From contig JAHRHZ010000062.1 of NCBI GenBank assembly GCA_024137785.1, positions 25,807,014-25,871,013 on the forward strand: DNA of 64,000 nucleotides, read 5' to 3'. Shown piece after piece: positions 11,744-25,560 of the stretch. The notes under the pieces were generated by a model that was not told the DNA's origin, searched no databases, and saw only the letters and a list, made by a program, of their open reading frames with translations. Within the stretch, counting starts at the first letter, position 1, and each line of letters begins with the position of its first letter. Both the position numbers and the translations under genes were made by a program. The DNA comes from Ginglymostoma cirratum. Taxonomy: Eukaryota.

Positions 11744-13718
11744 CTACGTAAGCACAAAAATACACAAGAAATGTTGTATACATACAGTATGTATTTAGTT
11801 GAGCTTAGTGGTCATAGCTGGGAGGTAGTTACATGTTCAGTGGTAAGTCAAGGGGCAAATTAAATAGTTGACCACAGATCAGAATAGGTTGTCTAACTTG
11901 CTCTGAGTAACTTTTAAGCTTAAGTAACAATAAACACTCCTGAAATAACAACTTTAAGGGACTTTTCTGGAGTGGTCACTCTCTTTTAACACACAGTAAA
12001 GATTTCTAAATGACACAGCTATTATTTCCATGAATATCTGAAGTCGTATTTTGCGGTTTCAATGCCTGAGTGACAAACAATGCTTTTATTTCCACTTTAA
12101 ATAGTACAAAAACATTTCATCACATTTGTTGCCTCTACCATCTGTTTCATCCATTAGCATTTTCTTTTCTGAGCACTTCTCTAGCAATGGCTTATTTGTG
12201 CATCCTTTTCTCTGGTACTGCTATCTTATGTGCTGCCTGGGTTTGACACTGCAGTCAAGCAAAGGAAAGATATTTCATTTGTAAAGATTACAGGCTTTTC
12301 TGACTCAAGTCTTCCAAACAAAGCAAGACATCATGGCAACACCCCTGTTCTTAGACATTGGCACTTACTTGGCTATGTTATCATCTGAGTGACGGATCAC
12401 AAGGATGGTTGCATCAGCCCATGCCATGCAAGGACCTGATAATTTACAGACCATATGTTGCCTAATCTGGTCTACTATCTCCAACACAATGGTACAGTTA
12501 GTATCAACTTTCTCCTTTCCTTCTGTTGCAGCATCAGTACTTGACTTGTGGGAACAAACATTTATCTTGTTGGGTCTCAGCAAAGCATAAAAGATGATTT
12601 TTTTTACATCACACGTATCAGAAAACTGATTGACATTTTAATCATATTATTGAAATCACTCAATAATGTATAGAGTTTTGGTGAAGTCATTTTATCTATG
12701 AATATTACCTTCTTGTTAATTATTAACACAAAAATAAATTAGGAAGAAAGAAAGACTTGCATTTTTATAACAACCTCAGTATGTCTAAAGATGCTTTAAA
12801 GGCAATGAAGTATTTTCAAAGTGTGATCTTATTAGCAATGTTGGAAGTATGGCATTTAGCTTCATTACAACAAGCTTCCACAAACATTAACACAATATCC
12901 ATCTGCAAAGTTGGTTAAGCAATAATCATTGTCCATAGCATCAGGGGAAATTCTGCATTTACAATCCCCTACCCTGACACAAGTACCCTCCTAATATGAC
13001 CCAACTGCCTCCAACCAGCCAACTGCATCCCTAACACACCCCCACCTGTTCGACAATTCCTCCAATGTGGCCCAACCCTGACTCATTCACAACCTGAGTA
13101 CCCATTCACCAACCTAACCACTTACCCACACAACCAACCTCATGCAACTAACCATCCACTTACGCAATCACTCACTCACCCAGTCAACCAATTACCCACC
13201 CATCTATTCACTCACTCATTTAATAATGTTAAAAGACTGGACCTATAAAGTTGCCATGTGATAATTGGTGTATAAACAGGGCCTGTCCTGTGCTCTCCCT
13301 ATTCCATTCTGACAGTTACCCAAGGAACGCTGTGCAATTCAGTGAATGTCAGGATTGTAACATCCCAAAAGCAATGTGCAGCAGCATTAAGTTGGGGAGT
13401 TTCCGAGTATAGCAGTAATCCACTCATCATTGTTAGTGCTCAGAGATTCAGGCCTGTGATTCAAACATAGATCACATTGCTTCATCATCATTGTCTCCAA
13501 ATTCTAGAGCACCCTAGCCAGGAGCAATGTGGGAATACCTTCATCATGCAGAGCACAGAGAGTCAACCTGAAAGCCCATCAGCACATTTTCAGGGGCAAC
13601 AAGGGGTGGATTGTAAATGATGGCCTTGCTAACAACTTCCATTGACCAAAAATGAACAAAAGAAAACAAATTAATAAAATATTGTTTCATTTGTTTGTAA
13701 ATTTACGGATTTTCTTAC

Positions 13719-13817
13719 CTTTTGACCTTTGTCTCCAAAGGTAAATTCCAACAAGTATCATAGGTAATAAAACAGCACAAATTATAGCCAAGCCGAGGGC
13801 TAAGTAATCACGGGATT
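13719..13817 (-). CDS. NCR3LG1: B7-H6/NCR3LG1-like gene, transmembrane exon (ESRDYLALGLAIICAVLLPMILVGIYLWRQRSK)
   Basis: 99-nt phase 1-1 exon, TTTTCAG acceptor and GTAAGA donor. About 23 hydrophobic residues followed by a basic stop-transfer segment. Not in the ORF track; found by hand. Confidence 0.88.
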
Positions 13818-14064
13818 CTGAAAATTATAAAATACAAGAATAAATAGCTATTTAAATTAAATCAAAACTTCAGGTAAACTGATAATGATCCATGATGTTT
13901 AACAAATTGCTCAAGCTGCTTTCATTTTAACATTCAGGTCCTCAGAACAGCAAAGCTTAGGAAATGAACAAGTGGTATCATACATAAAAAGGAGAAATTC
14001 AATGCCAATACTATAAGTGATTCCATCCCTCAGATATTCACGAGGGAACACCAGAACATATCTC

Positions 14065-15145
14065 AACAAAAGGTGCCACACACGAGGCTGCTAAATAAGA
14101 GCCCATGGTGTTAGTGAGAAAAGTATTGGTATGAATAGAGGATTGGCTGACTGGCAGGAGGCAGAGAATGGGGATAAAGGGGCTATTTTCAGGATGGCAT
14201 GTGGTGAGTATGGAGTTTCATAGGAATCAGTATTGGGTCTGCAAAATTCATGTTACACATTATCTGTACGAACGAACTGAGGGCATTGTTGCTTATCCTG
14301 CAGATAAGATAGGTGGAGGGACAGGTAGTATTGAGGAAGCAGAGATGCCGCAGAAGGACTTGCTCAGGCTGGGAGATGTGGAAAATAAGTGGCAAATGGA
14401 ATGCAATGTCGGAAAGTGTGAGGTTCTACACTTTGGTAGGAAGAGTAGAGGTGTAGAGGTGTGAGGAAAGGATTTGAAAATCTGAAGCACAAAGTGGCTT
14501 GGGAGGCACAGTTCAAATTTCTCTTAAAAGGTTCAGTTGGCAGTTAGGAAAGCAAATGCAATGTTCATATTCATTTCAAGAGGGCTAGAAAACAAGAGTA
14601 GAATATGTACTGCTGAGACTATATATGGCTCTGGTCAGACTGCATTGGAATACTGTGAACAGTTTTGGGCCCTGTATCTAAGGAAAGAGGTGCTGGGTCA
14701 GAGGAGGTTTACAAGAATAATCCCGGGGATGAAAGGTTTGTCATATGAGGAGCGGTTGAGGACTCCGGGTCTAGACTCGGACTTTAGGAGGATGAGTGGA
14801 ATTTGATTGAAATGTAACAATTCCTGAGAGGCCTGGATAGAGTGGAAGCGGAGATGTTTCCACTCAAAGAAGAGACTAAGTCCTGAGGGCACAGCCTCAG
14901 ATGATGGATGACCCTTTAAAACTGAGATGAGGAAGAATCTGTGGAAATTGTTGCGACAAAAGACTGTTTAAACTGTGTCATTGAGTGTAGAGAGATAGAT
15001 CGGTCCTTGATCAGTAAGCAGGTCAAGGATTTATAGGGAACAGGCAGGAGAATGGGGCTGAGAAACGTCTCAGCCATGATCTAATCGCAGAGCAGTCTCG
15101 ATTGGCTGAATGGCCCAATTCTGCTCCAGTATCTTATTGTCTAAG
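14065..15145 (+). mobile_element. Degenerate CR1 LINE 3' portion
   Basis: Frameshifted RT and C-terminal motifs (WQMECNVGKCEVLHFG, LEYCEQFW). Confidence 0.9.
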
Positions 15146-15546
15146 ATCTTTCAAACAATATCATTCCTATATATGATCGGGAAACCTTGAAATAAAAACA
15201 AGTGCTTCAAAAAATCATCAAAGCTTGAGGATATTTATCTCATCCTGCTATGAGAGATGATGGAAAGGATTCATGAGAAAATTATAATCATTATGAAAGA
15301 GTTTGTGGAATTAGGACAGCAATCAGAATTTTGAAATTGCAAACTGTAATACAGTGCCAAAAACCAAAGCAGTTGAGAAACTGATAAAACATAACTGTTT
15401 GAGCCATCAATCTCATTACTACGTGTAAAATTATGTGTAAAATGATTAATCAAAATGATCATTATCAAGATTCCTGGGGATTATTATTGACCAGACACTC
15501 AACTGGACTAGCCATATAAACATTGTGGCTACGAGAGCAGGTCAGA

Positions 15547-16432
15547 AGCATTATCTTGTAAGTTTCTATTAGATCTCCCCTCAACCTTCTAAACTCTAAT
15601 GAATACAATCCCAGGATCCTCAGCCGTTGATCATATGTTGGGCCTACCATTCCAGGGATCATCCGTGTGAATCTCCGCTGGACACGCTCCAGTGCCAGTA
15701 TGTCCTTCCTGAGGTGTGAGGCCCAAAATTGGACACAGAATTCTAAATGGGGCCTAACTAGAGCTTTATAAAGTCTCAGAAGCACATCACTGCTTTTATA
15801 TTCCAACCCTCTTGAGATAAATGACAACATTCCATTCACTTTCTTAATCACAGACTCAACCTGCAAGTTAACCTTTAGAGAATCCTGTACTAGCACTCCC
15901 AGATCCCTTTGTACTTCGGCTTTATGAATTTTCTCACCGTTCAGAAAATAGTCCATGCCTGTATTCTTTTTTCCAAGGTGCAAGAGCTCACATTTGCTCA
16001 CGTTGAATTTCAGCAGCCATTTCCTGGACCACTCTCCTAAACTGTCTAAATCATTCTGCAGCCTCCCCACCTCCTCCATACTACCTGCCTGTCCACCCAA
16101 CTTCGTATCATCGGCAAACTTCGCCAGAATGCCCCCAGTCCCTTCATCCAGATCATTAATATATAAAGTGAACAGCTGCGGCCCCAAAACTGAACCCTGC
16201 GGGACACCACTTGTCACCGGTTACCATTCCGAAAAAGAGCCTTTTATCCCAACTCTCTGCCTTCTGTCAGACAGCCAATCCTCAATCCATGCCAGTAACT
16301 CACCTCGAACACCATGGGCCCTCACCTTACTCAGCAGCCTCCCGTGAGGCACCTTATCAAAGGCCTTTTGGAAGTCTAGATAGATAACATCCACTGGGTT
16401 TCCCTGGTCTAACCTACTTGTTACCTCTTCAA
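15547..16432 (-). mobile_element. CR1 LINE RT fragment
   Basis: [23 protein letters not shown] and FADD, with one in-frame stop. Confidence 0.95.
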
Positions 16433-16704
16433 AGAAAAGAAGTCTTGTTTTGCTTATTTCAAGGTTCACCTATAGTTACATCAAGTGGGCATCTAGTCGT
16501 CAATGTTGTACAGCTGATCACCCTATTTTTCATTGTGAACAGAGTAGTGGCAGTCTATATAATGTGTTTGCTGACACATGTATTCGCTGCATCAAATGAT
16601 AGGATCATCAATATAATCTGCAAGAACAGAAAGAATATATACTATGTTGTGGCGATTTCTGACCTGGAAGCAGTAACAATAATGAAACAGTGTAATGGTA
16701 ATTT

Positions 16705-16800
16705 GAGATAAGACGTTGTGGAGCTGGATGAACACAGCAGGCCGAGCAGCATCAGAGGAGCAGGAAAGTTGACGTTTCGGGTCGAGACCCTTCTTCAGAA
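16705..16800 (-). mobile_element. Penelope-like terminal fragment with a hammerhead-like core
   Basis: Minus strand reads TT-CTGAAGA-A-GGGTCTCGACCC-GAAA-CGTC-AA; flanked by near-direct repeats TA(A/T)TGGTAATT. Confidence 0.75.
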
Positions 16801-17349
16801 TATTGGTAATTGGTGTTTCACATGTTTGAAAGAAAATCTTAAGATTTTGTATACCTTATAAAGAGATCAATTATAATCTCATTGTATAAGAAGGAATATT
16901 GTTCCATGTCACTTGCTGATCCTTGACTGGGAAGCAAATAATATACAGAAGCTGGCTGACCAGAATGGAGACCTAGAGGAATAAGGGAGCCAGTATAGAT
17001 ATGCAGAATGAGAAAGAGAAGCAGAAGCGCCAGAAGAGAACTTGAGAAGATTATGGAACGATCAGTCATACACCAGACAGTGAAGAGTGGTGGAGTGAAG
17101 ACCTGTTCCTGTTCAGCCAGGTACTGCTGCTGCCTGGAGAGAATCAACTAAGTGCCTGAAAGAAAGGGAGTGGAATTTGATTTAGAAGAGTTGTGAAGCT
17201 AAAAATGAGACCTACAAATAATGTGGGCTGCCATCTCAATAACTGGGATCTTCATTGTAATATCTGCTATTCCATGTCTAAGTTATAGATTTTATTCACA
17301 ATGTTTTGCCTATTATGTCAAATCGTATTCGATGGTCAAGTACAAGTGA

Positions 17350-18015
17350 AGGAAGGCAATATACTTCCAAGTCAGGATGGTGTGTGGCTTGGAGGGGAAG
17401 TTGGAGCTAGTGGTATTCCCAAAAATCTGCCACCCTTGTCCTTCCAGAGACAAGTAGTCAAGCGTCTAGAAGGTACTGTCTAAAGATTTTTGGTGACTTG
17501 CAGCAGTTCATCTTGTAGATAGCACACACTGCTGCTAATGAGTGTCAGTGATGGGGTGAGTGGATACGTGTGGATGTGGTGTCAATCAAGTAGTCTGCTT
17601 TGTCCTGGATGGTGTCATACTTCTTGAGTGTTAGAGCTGCACCATCCAGGCAAGTGGGAAGTATTCCATCACACTCCTGACCTGTGCTTTGTAGATGGTA
17701 GACAGGCTTTGGGGAGACAGGTGGTGAGTTACTCAATGCAGTATTCCTCACGTCTAACCTGCTTTTGTAGCATTGCCGTTATGTGGTGAGTTCAGTCAAT
17801 GGTGAACCCAGGACGTTGGTAGTGGAGGATTCAGTCATGGTAACATCATAGAATATCAAGGGGCAGTAATTAGATAATAATTGCATGGCATTTGTGTAGT
17901 ATGAATGTTTCTTGCAACTTGTCAGTCCATGCCTAGATATTGTTCAGATTTTGTTGCATTTCAACATCTGAGGTGTCATATATGGTGCTAACCATTGTTC
18001 AATCATTGGCAAATA
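17350..18015 (-). mobile_element. Degenerate CR1-group LINE (family of 41665-44965)
   Basis: Colinear nucleotide similarity to 41870-42670. Confidence 0.8.
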
Positions 18016-18019
18016 TCGC

Positions 18020-19170
18020 TGAATCCTCATACTGTGACCCCTGGTTCTGGGCATACCCACCATCAGGAATATCCTCCCTGCATCTACCCCGTCCAGTCCT
18101 GTTAGAATTTTATAAGTCTCTATGAGACCTCCCTCATTTTTTTTTTTCCTTTATTCATTCATGGAATGCAGGCATCGCTGGTGAGGCAGCATTTATTGCC
18201 CATCCCTAATTACTCACAGGGCAGTTGAGAATCAACTACATTGTTGTGGGTCTGGAGTCACATGTAGGCCAGACCAGGTAAGGATGGGAGTTTCTTTCCC
18301 CTAAAGGACTTCAGTGAACCAGATGGGTTTTTCCCAACAATTGACAATGGATTCACAGTCATCATTAGACTTTTAATCCTGCCATGGCAGGATTTGAACC
18401 CACGTCCCCAGAATTTTATCTGGGTCTCTGGATTAACAGTTCAGCAATATTACCACTAGGCCATTGCCTCTCCTATATGTTTGTACTCTAGCAAAAACAA
18501 TCCCAACCTAGTCAATCTCTCCTGATATGTCAGACCCATCATCCCTGGAATCAGCCTGGCAATCCTTAGTTGCACTCCCTTGAGAGCAAGAGCATCCTTT
18601 CTCAGAAAAGGAAACCAAAATTGCACACAATATTCCAGGTATGGTCTCACCAAGTCCGTGTACAACTGCGACAACACATCCCTGCTCCTGTCCTCAAAAC
18701 CTCTTGCAATGAAGGCCAACACACCTTTTGCCTTCTTTACCACCTGCTGCACCTGCATGCTTACCTTCAGCAACAAGGTGCACAAGGAGACCCAGGTCCC
18801 GCTGCACACTCCCTTCTCCCAATTTACAGCCATTCAGGTAGTAATCTGCCGCCTTGTTTTTACTCCTGAAGTGAACAACCTCACATTTATCCAAATTATA
18901 CTGCATCTGCCATTGATTTGCCCACTCACCCAACTTGTTGACATCATGCTAAAGGATCTCTGCATCCTCGTCACAGTTCACCTTCCCACCCAATTTGGTA
19001 TTATCTGCAAACCTGGAGATGTTATGTTTTGTTCCCTCATCCAAATCATTACTATATATTGTGACTAGTCGGGGTCCCAGCACCGATCCCTGTGGCATTC
19101 CACTAGTTACTGCTTGCCAATTTGAAAACGACCCATTAATTCTTACTCTTTGTTTCCTCTCTGCCAGCCA
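18020..19170 (-). mobile_element. CR1 LINE fragment interrupted by a SINE
   Basis: [32 protein letters not shown]. Confidence 0.9.
18138..18472 (-). mobile_element. tRNA-headed SINE
   Basis: The reverse complement has TAGTGGTAATATTGC (A-box-like), GGGTTCAAATCC (B-box) and a TGAATAAA/poly-A tail. Confidence 0.85.
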
Positions 19171-19184
19171 GGTTCCTTTCCCAG

Positions 19185-19410
19185 TCTTAATAAAAACCAA
19201 AGGAACCGTGGATGCTGTAAATCAAAAACAAAGTTGCTGGAAAAGCTCAGCAGGTCTGACAGCATCTGGGAAGAAAAAATCAGAGTTAACGTTTTGGGTT
19301 AACGTTTCTGAACTGAGAAAGGGTCACTGGACCTGAAATGTTAACTCTGATTTTTTCCTTTACAGATGCTGCCAGACCTGCAAAGTTTTTCCAGCAACTT
19401 TGTTTTTGTT
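19185..19410. mobile_element. Palindromic Penelope-like terminal remnant
   Basis: Inverted arms (ACAAAGTTGCTGGAAAA ... TTTTCCAGCAACTTTGT); flanking near-direct repeat GTTCCT(T/A)TCCCAGT. Confidence 0.75.
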
Positions 19411-19429
19411 CCTATCCCAGTGTTGATGG

Positions 19430-19690
19430 CCCAGTCTCGAGTTGCTCAGCTCATCAAGACCACAACAACCCTTCGAAGAGTATCCTACCCAAATCCACCC
19501 TATCTCTGTAATCCTGCATTTTCCCATCGCTAATCCACCTAACCTGTACATCCCTGGACACTATGGACGATTTAGCATGGCCAATCCACCCTAACCTGAA
19601 CATCTGTGAACTATAGAAGGAAATGTGAGCATCCAGAGGAAACCCACACAAAGACAGGAAGAATGTGCAAACTCCATTGCCTGAGGGTGC
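19430..19690 (-). mobile_element. V-SINE (HE1-like) fragment
   Basis: The reverse complement contains TGGAGTTTGCACATTCTTCCTGTCTTTGTGTGGGTTTCCTCTGGATGCTC, resembling the V-SINE central domain. Confidence 0.75.
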
Positions 19691-20010
19691 CACCTCAGGC
19701 TTTCACGGATGTCAGTAGACTCAGATTTTTTTTATTGAATTCAAATATCTGCTGTGACAGGATTTGAACAAAGGTCCCCAGAATGTTTGCCAAGTTTCTG
19801 GATTAATAATCTTTCAACACTATCATAAAGTCATTAACCCACCCCTGATTATGTAGCATTTTGAATTTGTTGTTAATATTGAGATGTTAGTGCAATACCA
19901 GCCACTTTCCCTTTCCCATTCCAAAATGTTGCTTTCCCTGGCATGTAACCACCTGCCCATCCTGCTCCCCGTCACTTCTCTGACTCACCCTTTTCCTTCC
20001 TTCTACTCAC

Positions 20011-20364
20011 CGTTCAGAGTTCTGTTTGTATCGTCCGACTCAACTAGTACCGTGAGTACACATTCCATTGTCAGTCCATTAGGAAATGTTAAATGCTCCA
20101 CGACACATCTGTACCTGTCACCATCATCCTTTACTGTTGGTTTAATGTTCAGTTGACTGGATGTATAAAATGTTTTATCACTATTGATGCCAAAATTCTT
20201 TATGTAACTTAATAATGAAATATTTTCTGTTCTCTGTTTTGATACTTTGATCCAGCTGATCTTCAATGGTTGAGGATAAAATCCAGTCACGATACAGCTC
20301 ACAGACCCCTCTGAACCGTTCAAAATTGTAAGAGATTGTGTGGATAAACTAACATTTGGCTGAG
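20011..20364 (-). CDS. NCR3LG1: B7-H6/NCR3LG1-like gene, IgC1 exon
   Basis: 354-nt phase 1-1 exon (TTTCTTTCCACACAG acceptor, GTGAGT donor). C1-set motifs CIVTGFYPQPLKISW, NSDKTFYTSSQL and YRCVVEH, plus several N-X-S/T sequons. Confidence 0.92.
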
Positions 20365-21119
20365 CTGTGTGGAAAGAAAATATAAATTTCATTAGATGCT
20401 GCCTTGTGTCGGTCTTCAACAGAAAAGCAAGATGTTGGTAAGAGTGTACAGATAAGTTACAATAAAACTAGAAAATTAATTTGATCAAATACCTTCTTTT
20501 TCCCATTTAACGTTTCAAAACAGACCTCTTCAAATCTGAATACAATTAGCCTTTGTAATGCCAATAATATATTGAAAATTTCAACAAATAAATGAGCTCG
20601 AAATACAACTTAGGGATTGCAATCCTAAATGTTTCTGTTTAATTTTTTTCCTCTGGCATGTATTTTGAAATTAGACTAGAACAAAGAGACACATGGTCAT
20701 AATCTCATTTGAGAACTCTCATTGTTGATCATTTCTGATTCCTAACCCCATCCAGCAGCCAGTGCATATGGTGGAAAAAGAAAAGCAAATATACTGAATG
20801 CTGTTGAGTGAAACATGCTTTTCTGGAAAGGAGCAAATCCCCAGTCAGCATCAGAGAGGTGCATGCAGCGTGCGGGCCCTGTGACAGGCAGTCAGCAATC
20901 ACTGTGAGGATAGTGTGAAGTGAGGACCCTGGGACCAGGAAATGAGTACCATGGAGAGTAGCTGGTGAGATAGGACCCTTGCAGAGAGGCAGGAAGACCA
21001 GCATGTGGCACAGGTCTGGCCATTCCCAAAACTTATCTTTTTCATCACATGAGCCATCTTCCACTTCAGCTGGAGGTCTTAAATGAACCAAATCTGCAGG
21101 AACTCCTTGTACAAAACTC

Positions 21120-22198
21120 TGGATATGGGGGAAGAATGTACCCAACATCACCCTCATCCTGATGGCCACCTTTGTGTGTGGCTGCATCAAACACCGAGTA
21201 TCACTATGTGCTGAGGTTCTACCTGGCCCTGGTGTTGCGACGGATGGGACTAGCCTCATTGTCGTGGAATGCTCCCAGTACTTGGACCATTCTGTAACAC
21301 CTGCCTTTTGTGGAGAAATTTGCAAAGGGACACACCTTTGAGCACAAGTCCATCAGGAAATGGTAAGCACACAGCATCCTCGAGAGACTGAGGGAAAAGG
21401 AGAGGGTGGATCCTGTCGTATGGTTCCCTGTGCAGACTGCCAAAGTCATCTGGCAGGATGCCTCGTCACCAGAACTTGCCAACTAGCACCAAGACATCGC
21501 TTGGCTGGTGGTGAGAAGGGCACCACCTGTCAGATCCCTCACGTACTCCTTGTTGGCCTGTGCCACCGCATGCTGCCCTTGAAGCAGCTGCGGGAAATTT
21601 GACACTGTCACACATCTCCTGTTGGAATCTGACTTTGCGAAGGAAATCTAGAGAGAGATGCAATGGTTTTTGTTAAGGTTCGTCCTGAGCAGCTCTGTGA
21701 CACAGGACCCTCTGCTCTATGGTCTGACCCCCAGGACGCATCTCAAGGCAAACATCGATTGCTCCTGAAGGACCATCAACTCTGTGAAAGATGCTCTTTG
21801 CTCTACCCGAAACTTGTAGGTCTTCCAGAACAAGGAGTTGACCCAGACTGAGTGTTGCAGACTGGCAGAGTCTAAGGTGCAGGACTACATGTTGAGGGAC
21901 ACAGTAAAGCCTGGGGCAAATGCTGTCAATGTGCAGTGGGGAAATACCACTGTGTGAAGTCTTTCTGCTGAAAGTAAGGGGGAGTTCATTCAGTTATCGG
22001 ACCCTCCTAGTGCCTTAATGCAACTAAATATAATCTTGTATATGCAAGAGATGCCTTTGGTTTGTTGGGATAGAGTCAAACTCAAATATTTATTTGTTTA
22101 CTTGATATGTTAATACAGAACCAAACCGCATTTGTGACAATGTATATATACAAAGAGACTTTTTATGAATAAAAAGTATTTTTAAAATTAAAAATAAA
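21120..22198 (+). mobile_element. Tx1-clade retrotransposon 3' fragment with A-rich tail
   Basis: Colinear with 33420-34230 (ATGGCCACCTTTGTGTGTGG...); ends ATGAATAAAAAG...AAAATAAA. Confidence 0.9.
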
Positions 22199-22329
22199 GA
22201 GGCAAAAAGACCTGCATTGGATGTTAGTGGGACTCGTGGTGCAGAAAGTATAAATTTTTTGAGGCTATGCTGAATTAGGTGTAATAGTAAAATGAAAGAA
22301 AGGGTCTATATTCTTTTGAGATTAGGTAT

Positions 22330-23760
22330 GTCTGAAAAAAGCCCAATCAGTGATTTACACGTCCTGAACTATGTGGAAAATCCTAGATATTTCTGATAGT
22401 CTGGATGATAAGGTGAGCAGGAGGTGCCTGCAGTTGGAGTTCTGGATTTTGGAGATTGAGTGGCAACCTGGGCATACCATGGTGCAACCACCCTCACCCA
22501 CCTCCACCTCCACAACAGCCCACCGAGGTTATTGGAGGGTGATGGAGGGTCACAATATAGATTGAGGGATCAATTATAGCAGCAAGGAGGGATGATAGTG
22601 AGGAAAGATCATCAAATGACACCATGTGGGTAGAAGTTAAAAATTAGTTAGAAAATTAGTGCAGAGACAGAGGCCATTTGGCTCTTTGATTCTGCTCTGC
22701 ATTCAATTTGATCATGGCCTATCATCCAATCCATTACCCTGTTCCCACTTTCTCCCCACACCCTTTGATCCCTTAAATGCTAAGTACTGTACCTAACTAC
22801 TTCTTGAAAACATTCAGTGTCTTAGAGTCAACCACTTTCCATGGAAGAGAATTCTATAGGCTCCCGTATCTCAGTCAGAGCAGTGGGACACATTCAAGCT
22901 AGGAAAAAGCAAGATTTTCTCATAAAGACAAAGGAGGGACCAAGAGTGGAGAACTGTGGATGCCAAAGAGCATGAAGGTTGGGATTAAGAACCTAAAGGA
23001 AATTCTGAAAGCAAAGACTGGACATGAGAAAACATCAGTGGGCAGAATAAGGAAAAACCCAAAAGGATTTAAGAAAAATATATTAAAAAAATAAAAATAT
23101 ATATAAAAATATATATAAAGAGCCAGAGAATAATAAGGGAAAGAGTAGGGCCCATTGGGAACCATAGAAAGGTAATCTACTGTGAACTGGAAGATGTGAG
23201 CACAGTCCTTAGTGAGTACTTTATATTGGTCTTCACAATAAATAGTAAATGCAAGTATACACATCAGGGTGGTAGACTGTGAAATGTAAGTTAACAGAGA
23301 AAGAAGAAGTATCAATGTGTTTAGCAGCCTCAAAAGTGGATAAATCTATGGGGCTGGATGAAATGTATCCCACACTTTTGATGGAGGCAAGGAAGGAGAT
23401 ATCAGGGGCCTCAGCAGTAATTTTAATTATAATTTCAACTTAAATGTATAGGGTTTGATGATGAAGTCTGCAGATGATACAGAAATTGGTTGGGTGAGAA
23501 AGAATGAGCAGAATAGCTGTTAACCATACATTTATGCAGTATTTGGATGTTCACTTAATTTGCCGTAGCTTTCAAGGTCATGAGCCAAAAGCTGGAAAAT
23601 GGCATCAGTTTATTCAGAGATAACAAAGTGCTATCTTTCTGAAGAAGTGTCCCGACCCGAAACATCAGATTTCCTGTTGCTCTGATGCTGCCTAGCCTGC
23701 TGTGTTCCCCCACTTTGTTATGTCTGACTCCAGCATCTGCAGTTCTTGCTAGCTCAGTGA
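22330..23760. mobile_element. Mosaic of highly decayed CR1 pieces and a Penelope-like terminal fragment (23620-23755)
   Basis: CR1 ORF2-like nucleotide motifs (GGAAAAACCCAAAAGG, GGATAAATCTATGGGGCTGGATGAAATGTATCC) and a CCCGAAAC-type terminus. Confidence 0.65.
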
Positions 23761-24321
23761 TTTATATCAGTCTATTCAGATCCTCGTTGACTGGCATTGA
23801 CATGATGGGCCAAATGACCTCATTCTGTGCTGTAAATGTCTGTGTTATATGTGGATCAAGTCCAATCAAAAATATATGTGAGATCTTTTTAAAAAGCGTT
23901 CCTTACAAAAGGAACTCTTGAATAATGTGCTATTGTTTCTAGAGAACAATGACATCATTCCCCTAAACACAGATCTCTAATTGTATCAATATGCTGCCTT
24001 ATGCTCAATAAGGGCACCTGAGATATCTTCAGAGTGATGTAAACACAGGCTGAACACATCTAGGTTTTGTGACCCAGCTACAACACCCCATGATCGATGG
24101 GAGTCAGTAGCAGACAGTCATGTTTGACACAATCACTGCTTTGCCATATCACTTCACAAGATTAATTTCAGCAGAAATATTGTTTAGGCGTATAAACAGG
24201 TTGGCAAAGTTATGATTAAGAGCAGGATTTAAGTTGTGAAAGTCATCCATATGTTTGACTTGCACATTTTCTTGCATAATTTAACACAGGAGGAAGACAG
24301 ATACGTTTCTGCGATGCTTAC

Positions 24322-24660
24322 CTGATACTTGGATTTCTGAGGTCCGTTCTGCACTTTCAGGTGTTATGAACACGGTGCAAGTGTAATTTCCTTCATCTGC
24401 AATCTGTACTCGTGGAAGGAAAAGTGAGGCATCTCCCTTCAGTACATTGCTATCATTAATTAATGCTCCTGGTCGCATTGCATCATGTTGATCTCTCGAG
24501 AAAAAATACACATCTGTTTCTCCATTGAGCTTCCATTGAACTCCTACCCTTTTTGGGTCAATGGGACCACCAGTATAGCCTGTTACCTTGCATGTCAGGT
24601 GAATATTTTCATTTAATGATACTATCAGTGGGCTTTGAAATATCTTGAGATCCATTGTGT
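24322..24660 (-). CDS. NCR3LG1: B7-H6/NCR3LG1-like gene, IgV exon
   Basis: 339-nt phase 1-1 exon with a polypyrimidine/AAAG acceptor and GTAAGC donor. V-set motifs LTC...VQW...GDASLFLPRVQIADEGNYTC. DLK, LNEN, VYFF..D...AMRPGA, GDASL.LP and C.V..TP..A match my recollection of human B7-H6 (DLK, LNDN, VFEF.GD...AFRPGA, GDASLRLP, CEVVVTP). Confidence 0.9.
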
Positions 24661-24879
24661 CTTTAAAAGAAGAAAAAAAAATTATGGAATCATCTCATGT
24701 ATACTACCACAATGTCTTAATAACGACACATATGTGTATTTCTTAAAAGTTTAAAATAACAAGTTACATCGCTCTGCCATGTTGAATTTAAAGCAATTGT
24801 GGAAATTCTAAAGCTTTCGCAGCAAGATTTTCTGAGGCCAGAACAGATCAGCAAGTATGCTACATAAAACAACTTCACT

Positions 24880-25560
24880 GGTCCAGGTTTTCTGAGGGGT
24901 AGTGAATCTAAGGAATTCTTACCTGCAGGGGGCTGTCAAGGCTGAGTTTGTTGGCAGAATTTTAATCTGAAAGGGAGGCCTTGCTAAAACTACACAAGAT
25001 GCATGAAATACTATAAACAGTTCTGCTCCCTTTATCCACAGAAACATATATTGGCATAGGAGGCAGTCCAGAGAAGGTTCACGAGTTCGATTCCCTGGTG
25101 TGAAGGGATTTTCCTACGAGGAGAGGTCGGGTAGGTTGGGACTGGGCTCATTACAGTGTAGAAAAATAAGAGGAGACTATATTGAAACATACAAGGTTCT
25201 TGGGGGGGCGCCTAACAGAGGAGATGCTGAGAGGTTGTTTTCCCCAGTCAGAGAGTCTAGGACCAGGGGACAAAATTTAAGCGTAAGAGGTTTGCCTTTT
25301 AAAGCAGATGAAGGGGATATTTTTCTGTTAAAATGTAATCGATCTGTGGAACTTTTTATTGTAGATGGCTGTTGAAATTGGGTCATTGAGCATATTCAAA
25401 CCTGAGGCACAGATTTTTAATCAGTGGGGGAATCAATGATTACTGATTAAGGCGGAAATGTGGAGTTGAGGATTATCAAATGAGCCGTGATGTTATTGAA
25501 TGGTGGAGAAGACATGATGGGATGAAGGGCCAACTTCTGTTCGTATGTCTTATTGTCCCA
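24880..25560 (+). mobile_element. Degenerate CR1 3' portion
   Basis: KGFSYEER...RGDYIETYKVL...RTRGQ. Confidence 0.85.

Noticed and set aside
12365-12583. Possible extra cytoplasmic exon with a GTAAGT donor near 12368
   Set aside because: The most plausible acceptor gives an immediate stop in phase 1, so it is not frame-compatible with the neighbouring exons.
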